Shown here piece after piece: positions 22,856 through 32,408 of a DNA stretch of 64,000 nt. A model generated the notes under the pieces. The model made no database searches, was not told the DNA's origin, and saw nothing but the letters and a program-made list of their open reading frames with translations. Each line of letters opens with the position of its first letter. Positions within the stretch are counted from its first letter, which is position 1. Origin of the DNA: Synergistota bacterium (lineage in GTDB: Bacteria > Synergistota > GBS-1); the NCBI GenBank assembly GCA_021159885.1, contig JAGHDO010000033.1:7370-71369 (forward strand), in the 5' to 3' direction. Both the position numbers and the translations under genes were made by a program.

Positions 22856-24294
22856 CCCATTATCTCCTCCACAACCTCTCTGTCAGAAAAGTGCCTTCTT
22901 TTTCCTCGGATCTCAAAGTAATCTTCATGCCCCTTACCTGTTATTAACACTACATCTTTAGAAGAAGCCTCCTCTATAGCTCTCTCTATAGCCCGCTTTC
23001 TATTCAAGACGATTTCATACCTTCCTTTTACCTCCTCACATCCCTTCGCTATTTGATGCGCTATCTCCAGTGGATTTTCCCATCGAGCGTTATCGGAAGT
23101 TATAAAAACCTTATAGGCTATAGATCCAGCTATTCTACCCATGGCTGGGCGATTCCCAGCATACCTATTTCCCCCAAGCCCAAACACGCTGAAAATACGC
23201 CTCGGCTTGAGCTTCTTAACTGTGTACAACACATTCTTGAGTGCATCAGGAGTATGAGCATAATCAACGATAACTATGGGAAATCCCTTCCTCTTAAAGA
23301 CCTCCATTCTTCCTGGTACGCCACGAATGCTCTCTATGCCTCGCTTTATGATCTCAAGATCAATCCCTTTGGCTATTCCAAAGGAAACCGCAGCCAGTAT
23401 GTTATAAACGTTAAACTGTCCTATTAGTTCGCTATTTATTTTCAGAATCCCAGATGACGTCGCTATCTTTAAGCTCATACCATCTACCCTAAGACTACTC
23501 TCAATAAGCTTAATATCTGCTTCTGATACCTTTACTCCATACGATATCACCGGAACTGAGGAAGCACTCTTAAAATAAGAGTAATTTTCATCATCAGCGT
23601 TAAGAATCGCCACATCTTTCAACCTTCTGAACAGCTTTGCCTTAGCCTCTCTATAACTTTCAAACGTGCCGTGGAAATCAAGATGCTCCGGAGTAATATT
23701 AGTAAGAACTCCTATATTAAACTCTATAGCATCAACTCTATGAAGCTCCAATGAGTGAGAGGAAATTTCCATAACCAAGCTATCACTTCCAGCAAGGACT
23801 CCCTCTCTGATAAACTCCATTATATCCGGTCCCTCAGGCGTAGTTCTTGAGGCGGGGATAGTTTTGGCTCCAAAGCTATAGAGGATGGTTCCAAAAAGCA
23901 TAGGTTTGTACCCAGCATTCTCCAAGATGGATCTGATCAGAAAGGTAGTCGTCGTTTTCCCGTTGGTTCCAGTTATACCAACATTAAACGTTTTCTCAGC
24001 GGGATTTCCATAGATCCATGATGCTACGAATGACAGGACTTTTCTAACAGATTCAACCCTAAGCTGCGTTATACTCGAGTCGCAAAACCTTTCTACTAAG
24101 GCAGCTACTGCCCCGTTCATTTTCGCATCGTTTATATAGAGATGTCCATCTGTGGAAAAACCAGGAACACATGCGAAAAGGTAGCCACTTTTTACTTTCC
24201 TCGAGTCGTATGTTATTCCAGTGATATCAGCATCAAGCCCCTCACCTTTAACTTCGACATCCCTTAGTCTATTTACAATCTCGCTTAACTTCAA
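22852..24294 (-). CDS. murE: UDP-MurNAc-L-Ala-D-Glu--2,6-diaminopimelate (or Lys) ligase
   Basis: Mur ligase with GTNGKTTT. Confidence 0.85.
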   Translation of the reverse strand: MKLSEIVNRLRDVEVKGEGLDADITGITYDSRKVKSGYLFACVPGFSTDGHLYINDAKMNGAVAALVERFCDSSITQLRVESVRKVLSFVASWIYGNPAEKTFNVGITGTNGKTTTTFLIRSILENAGYKPMLFGTILYSFGAKTIPASRTTPEGPDIMEFIREGVLAGSDSLVMEISSHSLELHRVDAIEFNIGVLTNITPEHLDFHGTFESYREAKAKLFRRLKDVAILNADDENYSYFKSASSVPVISYGVKVSEADIKLIESSLRVDGMSLKIATSSGILKINSELIGQFNVYNILAAVSFGIAKGIDLEIIKRGIESIRGVPGRMEVFKRKGFPIVIVDYAHTPDALKNVLYTVKKLKPRRIFSVFGLGGNRYAGNRPAMGRIAGSIAYKVFITSDNARWENPLEIAHQIAKGCEEVKGRYEIVLNRKRAIERAIEEASSKDVVLITGKGHEDYFEIRGKRRHFSDREVVEEIMG

Positions 24295-25949
24295 TCTCCC
24301 ACCTCCAAGCCATATAGCTTAGCTAAAACCTGCCCCACCTTTGAAAAAACGGGGGCAGCTACCTCTCCACCATAGTATTTACCAGCAGAAGGAGCCTCTA
24401 TAACCACAAGTATTACCCAACGAGGATTCTCAGCAGGCATGTATCCCAAAAATAGAGAAAGATATTTTCCCTTCTCATATCCTCCTTTTCCAGGTATCTG
24501 AGCAGTACCGGTTTTACCCGCCACCTTGATTCCAGGAATTGCTGCCTTCTTTCCCGTTCCTTTTTCTACAACTTCCACTAACATCTTTTTCATCATCTTA
24601 GCCGTATCCGAAGATATGACCTTTCTTACTATCCTAACGCGAGCTTTATAAACCACCTTATCATCGCTTCTTAACTCCTTCACCACGAAGGGTTTGAGCA
24701 AAACACCATTATTGGCTATAGCTCCCATGGCAGAAGCAAGCTGTATTGCAGTAACCGAGATACCCTGACCTATGGCTATTACAGCTCTCGTTAAACCATA
24801 CCATTTATCCGGCTCCCTCAATAATCCCTTCTCCTCACCAGGTAGATCTATTCCAGTATAATCTCCAAAACCAAAGCCCCTCAAATATTCGTATATAATC
24901 TCAGCTGGCATTTTTAATGCAAGGGTTATCATTCCAACATTACATGATTCTCTTATAACGCCGGTTAGATCCAGCAAACCGTGAGCATGAACATCTCTCA
25001 CACGCTTACCAGCGTAAACTATGTATCCCGGGCACTTAAACCTCATAGAAGGATATGCAAGCCCCTCCTCCAAAGCCGCTGAAGCGAGAAATGGTTTTAG
25101 GGTAGATCCTGGCTCAAATATCCAAGAAATAGCACGATTTCTTTCTCGTGAAGGGGGGTAAACCGCCATTGCCTTAACCTCACCAGTTTTAGCTCCAAGA
25201 ACTATTAAGCACCCTCCTTTAGCCCTATTTCTAAGCACGCTTTTTTCCAGAATATCCTCACAAAACACCTGAAGCCTTGAATCGAGCGTTAGAAACAGCT
25301 CTCTCTTCGAGGATTTTATAGGAAGCTCAAGTAGCTTTTCATCGGGTATAGTTCCTCCTCCAGCGTCCCTTCTCAGAAATATGTCTTTTCTTCCTCCCTT
25401 TAGAAAATCATCGTACACATATTCTACGCCTGCAAGACCTTGATCATCTATGCCCGTAAATCCCAAAACTGCAGAAGCAAGCTTCCCGTTAGGGTAAAAT
25501 CTTCTATCTTCTTCCACAAAACCAAAGCATCTAAGCTTAAGCCTTTTTAGCTCTGCTCTTATCCTTTGAGCTTCCTCCTTGGGCATACGCCTTTTAATCC
25601 ACACGAAGTGGTTTCCTTTCCCTATTCTCTTTTCAAGATTCTTAAGTGAAACCGAAAGAAGAGAAGCAACCTTTTTAAGCTTCTCTTCGCTGAGCTGCCC
25701 CCCAGCGGGAAAATAATAAATAGAATAACTCGGCACGCTCAAAGCAAGAAGCCTACCTCTCACATCAAGAATTTCTCCCCTTCGGGGGGAGAAAACTACA
25801 ACGGCATTATGCTCCTTCCAAGCATAAGACCTTAGCTTATCTGCCTCTACTATCTGAAGGGTAAAAAGATGTGCTCCTATTATTCCAAAAGCAAAAAATA
25901 GAAGCAGTAATAAGACAATACCCCTTTTTACTATAGATCTATCATCCAT
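24291..25949 (-). CDS. ftsI: Penicillin-binding protein / FtsI transpeptidase
   Basis: PBP dimerisation domain plus transpeptidase domain (SxxK, SxN, KTG motifs); N-terminal transmembrane helix. Confidence 0.85.
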   Translation of the reverse strand: MDDRSIVKRGIVLLLLLFFAFGIIGAHLFTLQIVEADKLRSYAWKEHNAVVVFSPRRGEILDVRGRLLALSVPSYSIYYFPAGGQLSEEKLKKVASLLSVSLKNLEKRIGKGNHFVWIKRRMPKEEAQRIRAELKRLKLRCFGFVEEDRRFYPNGKLASAVLGFTGIDDQGLAGVEYVYDDFLKGGRKDIFLRRDAGGGTIPDEKLLELPIKSSKRELFLTLDSRLQVFCEDILEKSVLRNRAKGGCLIVLGAKTGEVKAMAVYPPSRERNRAISWIFEPGSTLKPFLASAALEEGLAYPSMRFKCPGYIVYAGKRVRDVHAHGLLDLTGVIRESCNVGMITLALKMPAEIIYEYLRGFGFGDYTGIDLPGEEKGLLREPDKWYGLTRAVIAIGQGISVTAIQLASAMGAIANNGVLLKPFVVKELRSDDKVVYKARVRIVRKVISSDTAKMMKKMLVEVVEKGTGKKAAIPGIKVAGKTGTAQIPGKGGYEKGKYLSLFLGYMPAENPRWVILVVIEAPSAGKYYGGEVAAPVFSKVGQVLAKLYGLEVGD

Positions 25950-25953
25950 CGAG

Positions 25954-26256
25954 CTATCTCAAAAGTGTGAAAGCTTCCGCTTTTATAAGGTCCTTAACCT
26001 CTCTATCGATATCTATAAACATCACTTTTTTAGGAAAATCAAAGCCGTTTTTTCTAGCATAATCTCGAATCCTTTCTATAGAGGTAAGCTCGCTGAGCTT
26101 TAGAAGCAGATCTTGACGCTCATTTGCGAGCCTATCTAATCTCTTTTGTAGAAAATCAACCTCATATCCGGCCTTAAGACTCATTATTTGAAAGAAGACG
26201 ACCCCTATTCCTCCTAAGATAAAGACGAGAAAAATTACCCTGATCCACCTCATCTC
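25954..26256 (-). CDS. ftsL: FtsL/DivIC-like septum formation initiator. The track ORF extends to 26325 and overlaps rsmH; the start is likely the internal MRWIRV...
   Basis: Transmembrane helix followed by a coiled coil (LQKRLDRLANERQDLLLKLSEL); dcw position. Confidence 0.5.
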   Translation of the reverse strand, partial: EMRWIRVIFLVFILGGIGVVFFQIMSLKAGYEVDFLQKRLDRLANERQDLLLKLSELTSIERIRDYARKNGFDFPKKVMFIDIDREVKDLIKAEAFTLLR

Positions 26257-27137
26257 GCTATCCTCCTTATAGCCCTTAACCGAGCGCTTCGCGAGCGCGG
26301 GTTCCGGGCAATCTCCTCGCGACAAGGACGTAAAGCTTTCTTAAATATGGGTTCTGCCTTCCCAGCATCGCACAGCTCTCTAAAATAGTGTTTAACTATC
26401 CTATCTTCAAGAGAATGATATGAAATCACACAAATTACTCCCCCAATTTTTAAGACCTCAAAAGCTTCTTTTAAGCCCTCTGTGAGAGATCTTAATTCAT
26501 CATTAACCGCTATTCTCAACGCCTGAAATACCCTTCTTGCAGGATGCTTACCCATTTTTCTCTGCACCGGCTTTGGTAAAGCTCTTCTTATGATACCAAC
26601 GAGCTCTAATGTGCTCCTTATCTCTCCTTTTTTTCTATGATCAACTATAGCCTTCGCTATTAAACGGGCATTTCTCTCCTCCCCATAAACCTTAAATATG
26701 TATGAAAGCTCCTCTAAGCTCATTCTATTCACAAGATCCCTGGCTTTAATCTTCCCATCCTCTCCCATTCTCATATCAAGCGGTCCATCCATCATAAAAC
26801 TGAAGCCTCTTTCCTCATCCTCAAGCTGTAAAGACGAAACACCCAGATCAAAAAGCACTCCATCTACACTCTTAACCTTTAGCGACTCTAAAACGCTTTT
26901 TATATCTCTGAAGTTAGCTCTCACGAGCTTCACACCCTTTTCCCCAAGAACCTTTCTCGCGATTTCAAGCGCCTTCTTATCTCTATCCAACCCTATTACC
27001 ATACCACCCGGTAAGATTCGTTCCCATATCGCTTTAGCATGTCCTCCCAGCCCCACAGTAGCGTCCACATAGATTTCCCCAGGATTTGGTTCAAATGCCT
27101 TTAAAACCTCATTAAGCATAACAGGTGTATGAATCAA
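26250..27137 (-). CDS. rsmH: 16S rRNA m4C1402 methyltransferase RsmH (MraW)
   Basis: Full-length match, including HTPVML and the SAM-binding motifs. Confidence 0.9.
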   Translation of the reverse strand: MIHTPVMLNEVLKAFEPNPGEIYVDATVGLGGHAKAIWERILPGGMVIGLDRDKKALEIARKVLGEKGVKLVRANFRDIKSVLESLKVKSVDGVLFDLGVSSLQLEDEERGFSFMMDGPLDMRMGEDGKIKARDLVNRMSLEELSYIFKVYGEERNARLIAKAIVDHRKKGEIRSTLELVGIIRRALPKPVQRKMGKHPARRVFQALRIAVNDELRSLTEGLKEAFEVLKIGGVICVISYHSLEDRIVKHYFRELCDAGKAEPIFKKALRPCREEIARNPRSRSARLRAIRRIAR

Positions 27138-27565
27138 GCAAATATCTCCTCCGCCACTTCCTCAAACTTTGGGAGTACATCCTTTTCATACGTGATCCAT
27201 CTATCCTTAGCCCAGATCTCTATTCTATTTCCAACGCCTATTATAGCGACTTCCTTTTCCAGCTTTGCATACTCTCGGAGCATCGATGGAATTTGAATTC
27301 TCCCCTGGGAATCTAAATTTACCATCGAAGCCCCAGCCATAAGCATTCTTAAGAATGCTCTTACTTCTTTCTTAGTAAAGGAAAGAGAATTAAAACTCTC
27401 GAGAACCCCCTGCCATTCTTCCAAAGGGAAAAGAAACAGGCACTTATCGAGCCCCCGTGTCAAAACTGCCTGTTTCCCAAGGCTCTCTCTCATATTGGAA
27501 GGGATAAAGACCCTCCCCTTATTATCCACATTGAAGAAATAAGTTCCCACAAAGGTTTTCACCAC
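27134..27565 (-). CDS. mraZ: Transcriptional regulator MraZ
   Basis: 143 aa, two MraZ repeats with DxxxR-like motifs; GTG start; first gene of the dcw cluster. Confidence 0.9.
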   Translation of the reverse strand: MVKTFVGTYFFNVDNKGRVFIPSNMRESLGKQAVLTRGLDKCLFLFPLEEWQGVLESFNSLSFTKKEVRAFLRMLMAGASMVNLDSQGRIQIPSMLREYAKLEKEVAIIGVGNRIEIWAKDRWITYEKDVLPKFEEVAEEIFA

Positions 27566-27600
27566 TTCTCACCACTTTTACCCACAGAGTTATCCACATG
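27562..27600 (-). promoter_or_regulatory. Candidate MraZ operator: four direct GTGG repeats at 10-12 nt spacing. One repeat (TGTGGATAA) is the reverse complement of a perfect DnaA-box consensus TTATCCACA (plus-strand 27590-27598).
   Basis: Sense (minus-strand) sequence: TTTACCCACATGTGGATAACTCTGTGGGTAAAAGTGGTGAGAAGTGGTGAAA. GTGG begins at minus-strand coordinates 27597, 27585, 27575 and 27565. Confidence 0.4.
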
Positions 27601-27611
27601 TGGGTAAAAAA

Positions 27612-27971
27612 ATATGGGGCGGAAGCAACCCGTAAGCCGAGTTCTGTTTATAGGTAGCCATCTATCTGGGGAGCGGATTGCTCCACTCCTCAAGCGACCT
27701 ACCCGAGGGAGAGGCGAGCAACCCCTTATCCCTCCTATTTGGTCTTGCTCCGGATGGGGTTTGCCAAGCCTATCAGGTCGCCCTGATAGCTGGTGGGCTC
27801 TTACCCCACCTTTTCACCCTTACCCCGCTTCTCAGCGAGGCGGTCCGTTTTCTGTGGCACTTTCCTTGGGGTCACCCCCACTGGGTGTTACCCAGCATCC
27901 CGCTCTGTGGAGCTCGGACTTTCCTCAGGGGAGTGAGGTCTCCCCCGCGGCTACCCAGTTGCTTCCACCCC
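27612..27971 (-). ncRNA. rnpB: RNase P RNA, bacterial type A (M1 RNA)
   Basis: The minus-strand reads GGGGUGGAAGCAACUGGGUAGCC...GAGGAAAGUCCGAGCUCCACAGAGC...AGGGUGAAAAGGUGGGGUAAGAGCCCACCAG...AUCCGGAGCAAGACCAAAUAGG...ACAGAACUCGGCUUACGGGUUGCUUCCGCCCC. P4 and the other universally conserved blocks are present. The P1 helix forms between the two ends, and a U7 run follows the 3' end. Confidence 0.92.
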
Positions 27972-27994
27972 ATGCTTTCAAGGTTCCATTAAAA

Positions 27995-28023
27995 TTGTAT
28001 ATCTCCAAGGGGCCGACTTGCAA
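27995..28023 (-). promoter_or_regulatory. Candidate rnpB promoter (-35 TTGCAA, 17-nt spacer, -10 TACAAT)
   Basis: The minus-strand reads cccTTGCAAgtcggccccttggagataTACAATtttaatgg, about 20 nt upstream of the P1 5' strand. Confidence 0.4.
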
Positions 28024-28043
28024 GGGACACCTGTCCCCATCTA

Positions 28044-28829
28044 TCAGGAGCTTATTTTCCTGGATATACTGCCCAAAACGGCCTTTTGAATCCCGATGAC
28101 CTTCTTTATTCCCTTCCATGCTAATTCAAGAAGCTCATCAAGATCCCTCTTCGAAAACGGTTTGTGCTCTGCACACCCCTGTATCTCTATATACTCGCTT
28201 CTATCATTCATGACCACATTTAAGTCCACATCAGCCTTAAAATCTTCATCGAAGCAGAGATCCAAAAGCTTCACTCCATCGACTATTCCTACACTCACCG
28301 CTGCAACAAAAGAATTCACGGGAAAGTCCTCTATAATTCCTTCCTCATAAAGCTTGTATATAGCTTCAACCAGAGCTACAAAGCCTCCAGTTATAGCAGC
28401 AGTTCTCGTGCCACCATCCGCCTGAATGACATCACAGTCTATCCAAACCGTTCTTTCCCCAAGTTTAGAGAGATCCACTGCTGCTCTGAGAGATCTACCT
28501 ATCATTCGCTGGATCTCAAAGGACCTCCCTGCAGGTCTTCCCCTCACCATTGAATCTCGGGGAGTTCGAGTCTGCGTTGCTCTCGGAAGCATAGCGTACT
28601 CTGCAGTAACCCATCCCTGTCCTGTCCCCCTAAGGAAAGGCGGCACCTTGTCCTCCACACTCGCAGTGCATATCACCTGAGTCTTGCCCATTTCTATCCT
28701 TACTGAGCCCTCTGGATAAATTAAATAATCTCTCTCTATCCTTATGGGTCTAAGCTGATCCGGGCTTCTTCCATCGATCCTATCCAACTTAAGATCACTC
28801 CCTCGTCCTAAGCTTCCAGGAAGGCTCAA
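28044..28829 (-). CDS. rph: Ribonuclease PH. The ORF has a ~15-aa N-terminal extension; the true start is possibly a TTG near 28784.
   Basis: [40 protein letters not shown] matches the RNase PH core. Confidence 0.85.
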   Translation of the reverse strand: MSLPGSLGRGSDLKLDRIDGRSPDQLRPIRIERDYLIYPEGSVRIEMGKTQVICTASVEDKVPPFLRGTGQGWVTAEYAMLPRATQTRTPRDSMVRGRPAGRSFEIQRMIGRSLRAAVDLSKLGERTVWIDCDVIQADGGTRTAAITGGFVALVEAIYKLYEEGIIEDFPVNSFVAAVSVGIVDGVKLLDLCFDEDFKADVDLNVVMNDRSEYIEIQGCAEHKPFSKRDLDELLELAWKGIKKVIGIQKAVLGSISRKISS

Positions 28830-29418
28830 GAGGAAGAGAGATATCTATATGCCCCTTCAGAGTATCCATAATCCTACCTTCTATAAGAAACTGGACCATC
28901 TTTATTTCTGGGAAGCTCCCACAAATAGAATTAACTATGCTATAGATCGTCATCATCTCCGCATTGCTACCTCCAGGGTGATTCCTAACCATCTCCTTAG
29001 AAAAATCAAGAAAGAGTACTCCTCGCCCTATGAAGATATGCTTAAGCTCAGTACCTGAGGGAATAACTTGCTCTTTAGCGGACGCAAGATCCTTGAAAAC
29101 CTCCTTAACCATGTCTTCTAAGCTTCCTTCCACTATCTCTTTTTCCTTCTTAATCAATCTCGTTCTCTGAGGATCAGGAAGATAAAGATAAATAAGCCTC
29201 TTGGCAAGCTCAGGCTTTTGAGAAATCTCAGCCGGCTTCGCTTTCCCCACCGACGGATGCGATGCTCCCCCTTCCTCTCCTAAGAAAAGGGTACGTTTCA
29301 TAAGATAGCCAACGAGATGATATCCTCCCCAACCTGCTAAAGAAACTATTATTATGGCTAATATAACCCTTCCCCACAATATTCGTTTTCTATACTTTCT
29401 CCTTTCAGATCTTTTCAT
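28795..29418 (-). CDS. GerM/GerMN-domain membrane-anchored protein
   Basis: N-terminal transmembrane anchor ([20 protein letters not shown]) followed by a ~150-aa domain resembling GerMN (LYLPDPQ...[21 protein letters not shown]). Confidence 0.55.
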   Translation of the reverse strand: MKRSERRKYRKRILWGRVILAIIIVSLAGWGGYHLVGYLMKRTLFLGEEGGASHPSVGKAKPAEISQKPELAKRLIYLYLPDPQRTRLIKKEKEIVEGSLEDMVKEVFKDLASAKEQVIPSGTELKHIFIGRGVLFLDFSKEMVRNHPGGSNAEMMTIYSIVNSICGSFPEIKMVQFLIEGRIMDTLKGHIDISLPLEPSWKLRTRE

Positions 29419-29433
29419 ACCGAGATCCTCCCA

Positions 29434-31065
29434 TCATCTCACAGAGGAAAGGTAGTTCTCCACACCCTTAGCAAGCAAAATAGCCACCTTCCTCTGCCAA
29501 GAGGCTCTTCTCAACAGGGTCTCCTCCCGAGGATTGGTGATAAAAGCAAGCTCAACCAAGACGGCAGGCATAACAGCTCCCCTCAGAACGAAAAACGGTG
29601 CTTGCGCTATTCTTCTAACGGGGATTCTTAAACCTCTCTTAAGCGATCTATAAAGACTCTCAGCAAATTTCGCACTCTCGTCTATTTTCGCGTTCTTCAT
29701 CATATCAGCAAGTATTCGAACAAGCATATCTGTCTTGCGCTTTACTTCCTCTCCCGTCAATCCGATCTCCATATTCTCCCTAAGAGCAACACTCATAGCG
29801 CTCGAGTCGCTCGGGAGAGCCATATAATAAACTTCGCTTCCTCTCGCTGATGGAGAGAAGCTTGCATTGCAATGTATGCTTATAAAAACATCAGCCCGAG
29901 ATCTATTAGCAATGTATGTTCTTTCCTTTAAGGATAGATAAACATCCTTATTACGAGTCAATATCACCCTGTAGCCCCTCTTAATGAGCTCATTCTTCAG
30001 ATACAGTGCCACCCTTAAGGCTATATCTTTTTCCTTCGTCCCTCGAGGACCTACGGCTCCAGGGTCCTTGCCACCGTGTCCCGGGTCTACAACAATTAAA
30101 AACTTCCCTTTACCCTGAGGACGTATCTTAATGGTCTCCTTTTCTCCCCGCGGAGAGAGCTTCTGAGGCCGAGACGGTGTTTCAGGAACCACCGGAGTAG
30201 GAGGTTTTTGAGGAGCCTTTCTTAAAACATCTATCACAAGTCTCGGTGGCTGTTTGAGAGTAAAATCCCTGTAAGGAGGAAAACCTTTTACTTTTATCCT
30301 TATCTGCGAGTTCCTCTCCCCCGGAATGACCTCAACGTCCCCAACCAAGCCATCCCTTATCTTGTAGGTTTCTCTCCTTGGTGCTTTCGTAGAACTCAAA
30401 TCAACTATTATAAGGTCCCTGTTTCCCTTTATCTTATAATTCGGTACCTTTGAAAGATCGAGAACTATGCGCGTATATGTTTTGGAAGAGTAATACCTGA
30501 CCCGGGATAGAAAAACAAGGGGCTCTTTTTTCGCCGGAGGAACGACAACAAGTGGTTTCGCCGGCTTTACTTCTATAGCTGGAGTTGAGACAGGAGTGGA
30601 AGGTGGCTTGCCTGGCAGAGAAGGAACTTGACGTACGGCAGGCTTCGCTCCCACATATAAAACGTTCTGCTTGGGATCAAACCTTAAAGATGTATTCGAT
30701 AGAATAAAGTTAAGAGGAATGCAGATCTTGTTTCCGACCGCTTTGGGAAAATAGTCAAGTAGCCTTATCTTTCCATTAACCAGAGCAGTAGGATTATTCA
30801 GCTGAAGCTGATAAAGCTTACCGCCAAGTACAAAGCTAAAAGCCCCAGTTTCAGGCTTATACTTAAACTTTCCTCCCAAAGTCTGAACGAGATCCTTAAT
30901 AGCGACGTATCTTATCCCCTTAACGGTAAAGGTAGGAACTGCTCCTTTCCTTTTCCCGTTAATGAAAATTGGTGTGTTTGCTGCAATCCCCACCGAGGAA
31001 AGAAGCAAAACCAAGAAGAGAGACAAAAAGACAATGACACACCGCTTTTTTCTCACTATCTTCAC
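29434..31065 (-). CDS. N-acetylmuramoyl-L-alanine amidase (Amidase_3) with an N-terminal Cu-amine-oxidase-N1-like domain, a Pro-rich linker and an AMIN domain
   Basis: C-terminal catalytic block IVVDPGHGGKDPGAVG...ISIHCNA. Central AMIN-like block (YYSSKTYTRIVLDLSKV...). Signal peptide present. Confidence 0.8.
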   Translation of the reverse strand: MKIVRKKRCVIVFLSLFLVLLLSSVGIAANTPIFINGKRKGAVPTFTVKGIRYVAIKDLVQTLGGKFKYKPETGAFSFVLGGKLYQLQLNNPTALVNGKIRLLDYFPKAVGNKICIPLNFILSNTSLRFDPKQNVLYVGAKPAVRQVPSLPGKPPSTPVSTPAIEVKPAKPLVVVPPAKKEPLVFLSRVRYYSSKTYTRIVLDLSKVPNYKIKGNRDLIIVDLSSTKAPRRETYKIRDGLVGDVEVIPGERNSQIRIKVKGFPPYRDFTLKQPPRLVIDVLRKAPQKPPTPVVPETPSRPQKLSPRGEKETIKIRPQGKGKFLIVVDPGHGGKDPGAVGPRGTKEKDIALRVALYLKNELIKRGYRVILTRNKDVYLSLKERTYIANRSRADVFISIHCNASFSPSARGSEVYYMALPSDSSAMSVALRENMEIGLTGEEVKRKTDMLVRILADMMKNAKIDESAKFAESLYRSLKRGLRIPVRRIAQAPFFVLRGAVMPAVLVELAFITNPREETLLRRASWQRKVAILLAKGVENYLSSVR

Positions 31066-32408
31066 TCTCCTCCAATCGTCAAATCACCTACCTTCAGAGT
31101 AGCTCCTCCAACGCTTCTGAAAAACTGAAGATCATTGCCCACCTCTTCAACGCTATTAAAAAATTCAAGAAGATTCCCCGCAATGGTCATCCCTCTCACA
31201 GGAAAAACCTTTTCTCCATTATCTATCCATAAACCAGAAACGCCCAGAGAGAAATCCCCGGAAATCAGATTCACCGTGTGAAGCCCCATTACGCTAAGAA
31301 CATACAATCCCTCCTTAACGTCTCCAAGGATATCCGCTGAATTCCTCTCACCAGGCATAATAAAGAGATTTGTGGATCCAACTGCGGGAACAGAAGAATA
31401 TCCCCTAACCGCATTCCCCGTTGTTTCAACGCCGTCTTTAGCAGCAGTATAAGTATTGTGAAGATAAGTCATCAGAACTCCCCTATCTATGACCATTTTC
31501 CTTCTTGTAGGGAAGCCTTCTCCGTCAAAGGGGGCACTCCCGATACCACCATCAAGTGTGCCATCATCAACGATGGAAACACATTCTGAGGCAACTCTCT
31601 TACCAAGTTTTCCAATAAGAAGGGATTTCCCCTTCTGAACGTTTTCAGCAGAAATAAGAGATGAAAGAAGAGAGATAAAATCAGCTGTAGCTTCAGGCGA
31701 GAAAACAAGAGAGGCCTTTCGCGTTTTCAAACGTTTACCACCTATCAGGCTGACTGCTCTATCCACCGCTTTGTGAATTACGGTTTCAACATCAAGCTCT
31801 CTAAGAAACCTTCTTTCCTGAGAGTAATACCCCATTTCCCTGTCCTTACCCTTTGAAGCCAAAACAGCGAGATCACAGGAAAAATAGGTCCCCTTCTTAA
31901 GAAGCCTCGTTCCAAAGCTATTAAGAAGCGCGGTCTCATACCATCCATCGCTATACTCTGCTCTTCGTACCTTTTGGACAAGAGGATGAGCCTCTTTCGC
32001 TTTTTCATGTATTTCCTTAACAAACGAGAGTCTTTCTCCCTCAGATATGGAGAATATGCCATCATCAAAAACCTGGGGATCCGGATAATCTCCCTTCGGT
32101 GGGAGAACCTTTCGAAATCTATCTGAAGAGGAAAGAGGCATCTTGCTTAAAGCCTCCTCCCCTGCCTTCTTAAGCTCCGTTAAATCCAAATTATTAGCAT
32201 GTGCGAATCCCATTCTTCCTTCCTCATCGAGAATTCTTATCCCCACTCCCCCACCTTCAGATCTCTCAAGATATTCAAGCTCACCTTCACTCATTGATAC
32301 GGAAAAATCCTCACCCCAAGCGGCATATAACTCAACTATGGGAGCTCCCTTCCTCTTAAGATAGTTTAACAGCTCATCTAAGAGATCAAGATCTATCTTT
32401 CCTGCCAT
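31062..32408 (-). CDS. pmbA: TldD/PmbA-family metalloprotease (PmbA/TldE type; no HExxxH seen)
   Basis: 448 aa, family match along the whole length. Confidence 0.75.
   Translation of the reverse strand: MAGKIDLDLLDELLNYLKRKGAPIVELYAAWGEDFSVSMSEGELEYLERSEGGGVGIRILDEEGRMGFAHANNLDLTELKKAGEEALSKMPLSSSDRFRKVLPPKGDYPDPQVFDDGIFSISEGERLSFVKEIHEKAKEAHPLVQKVRRAEYSDGWYETALLNSFGTRLLKKGTYFSCDLAVLASKGKDREMGYYSQERRFLRELDVETVIHKAVDRAVSLIGGKRLKTRKASLVFSPEATADFISLLSSLISAENVQKGKSLLIGKLGKRVASECVSIVDDGTLDGGIGSAPFDGEGFPTRRKMVIDRGVLMTYLHNTYTAAKDGVETTGNAVRGYSSVPAVGSTNLFIMPGERNSADILGDVKEGLYVLSVMGLHTVNLISGDFSLGVSGLWIDNGEKVFPVRGMTIAGNLLEFFNSVEEVGNDLQFFRSVGGATLKVGDLTIGGE

Noticed and set aside
27590-27598. Replication origin implied by the perfect DnaA box TTATCCACA
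   Set aside because: It is a single box with no AT-rich unwinding element or box cluster. It coincides with one of the GTGG repeats upstream of mraZ, so it is more likely part of that operator; kept only as a note.
27614-28099. Plus-strand ORFs of 161 and 104 aa (Pro/Gly/Arg-rich)
   Set aside because: They lie entirely inside the GC-rich rnpB gene on the opposite strand; their composition is a GC artefact.
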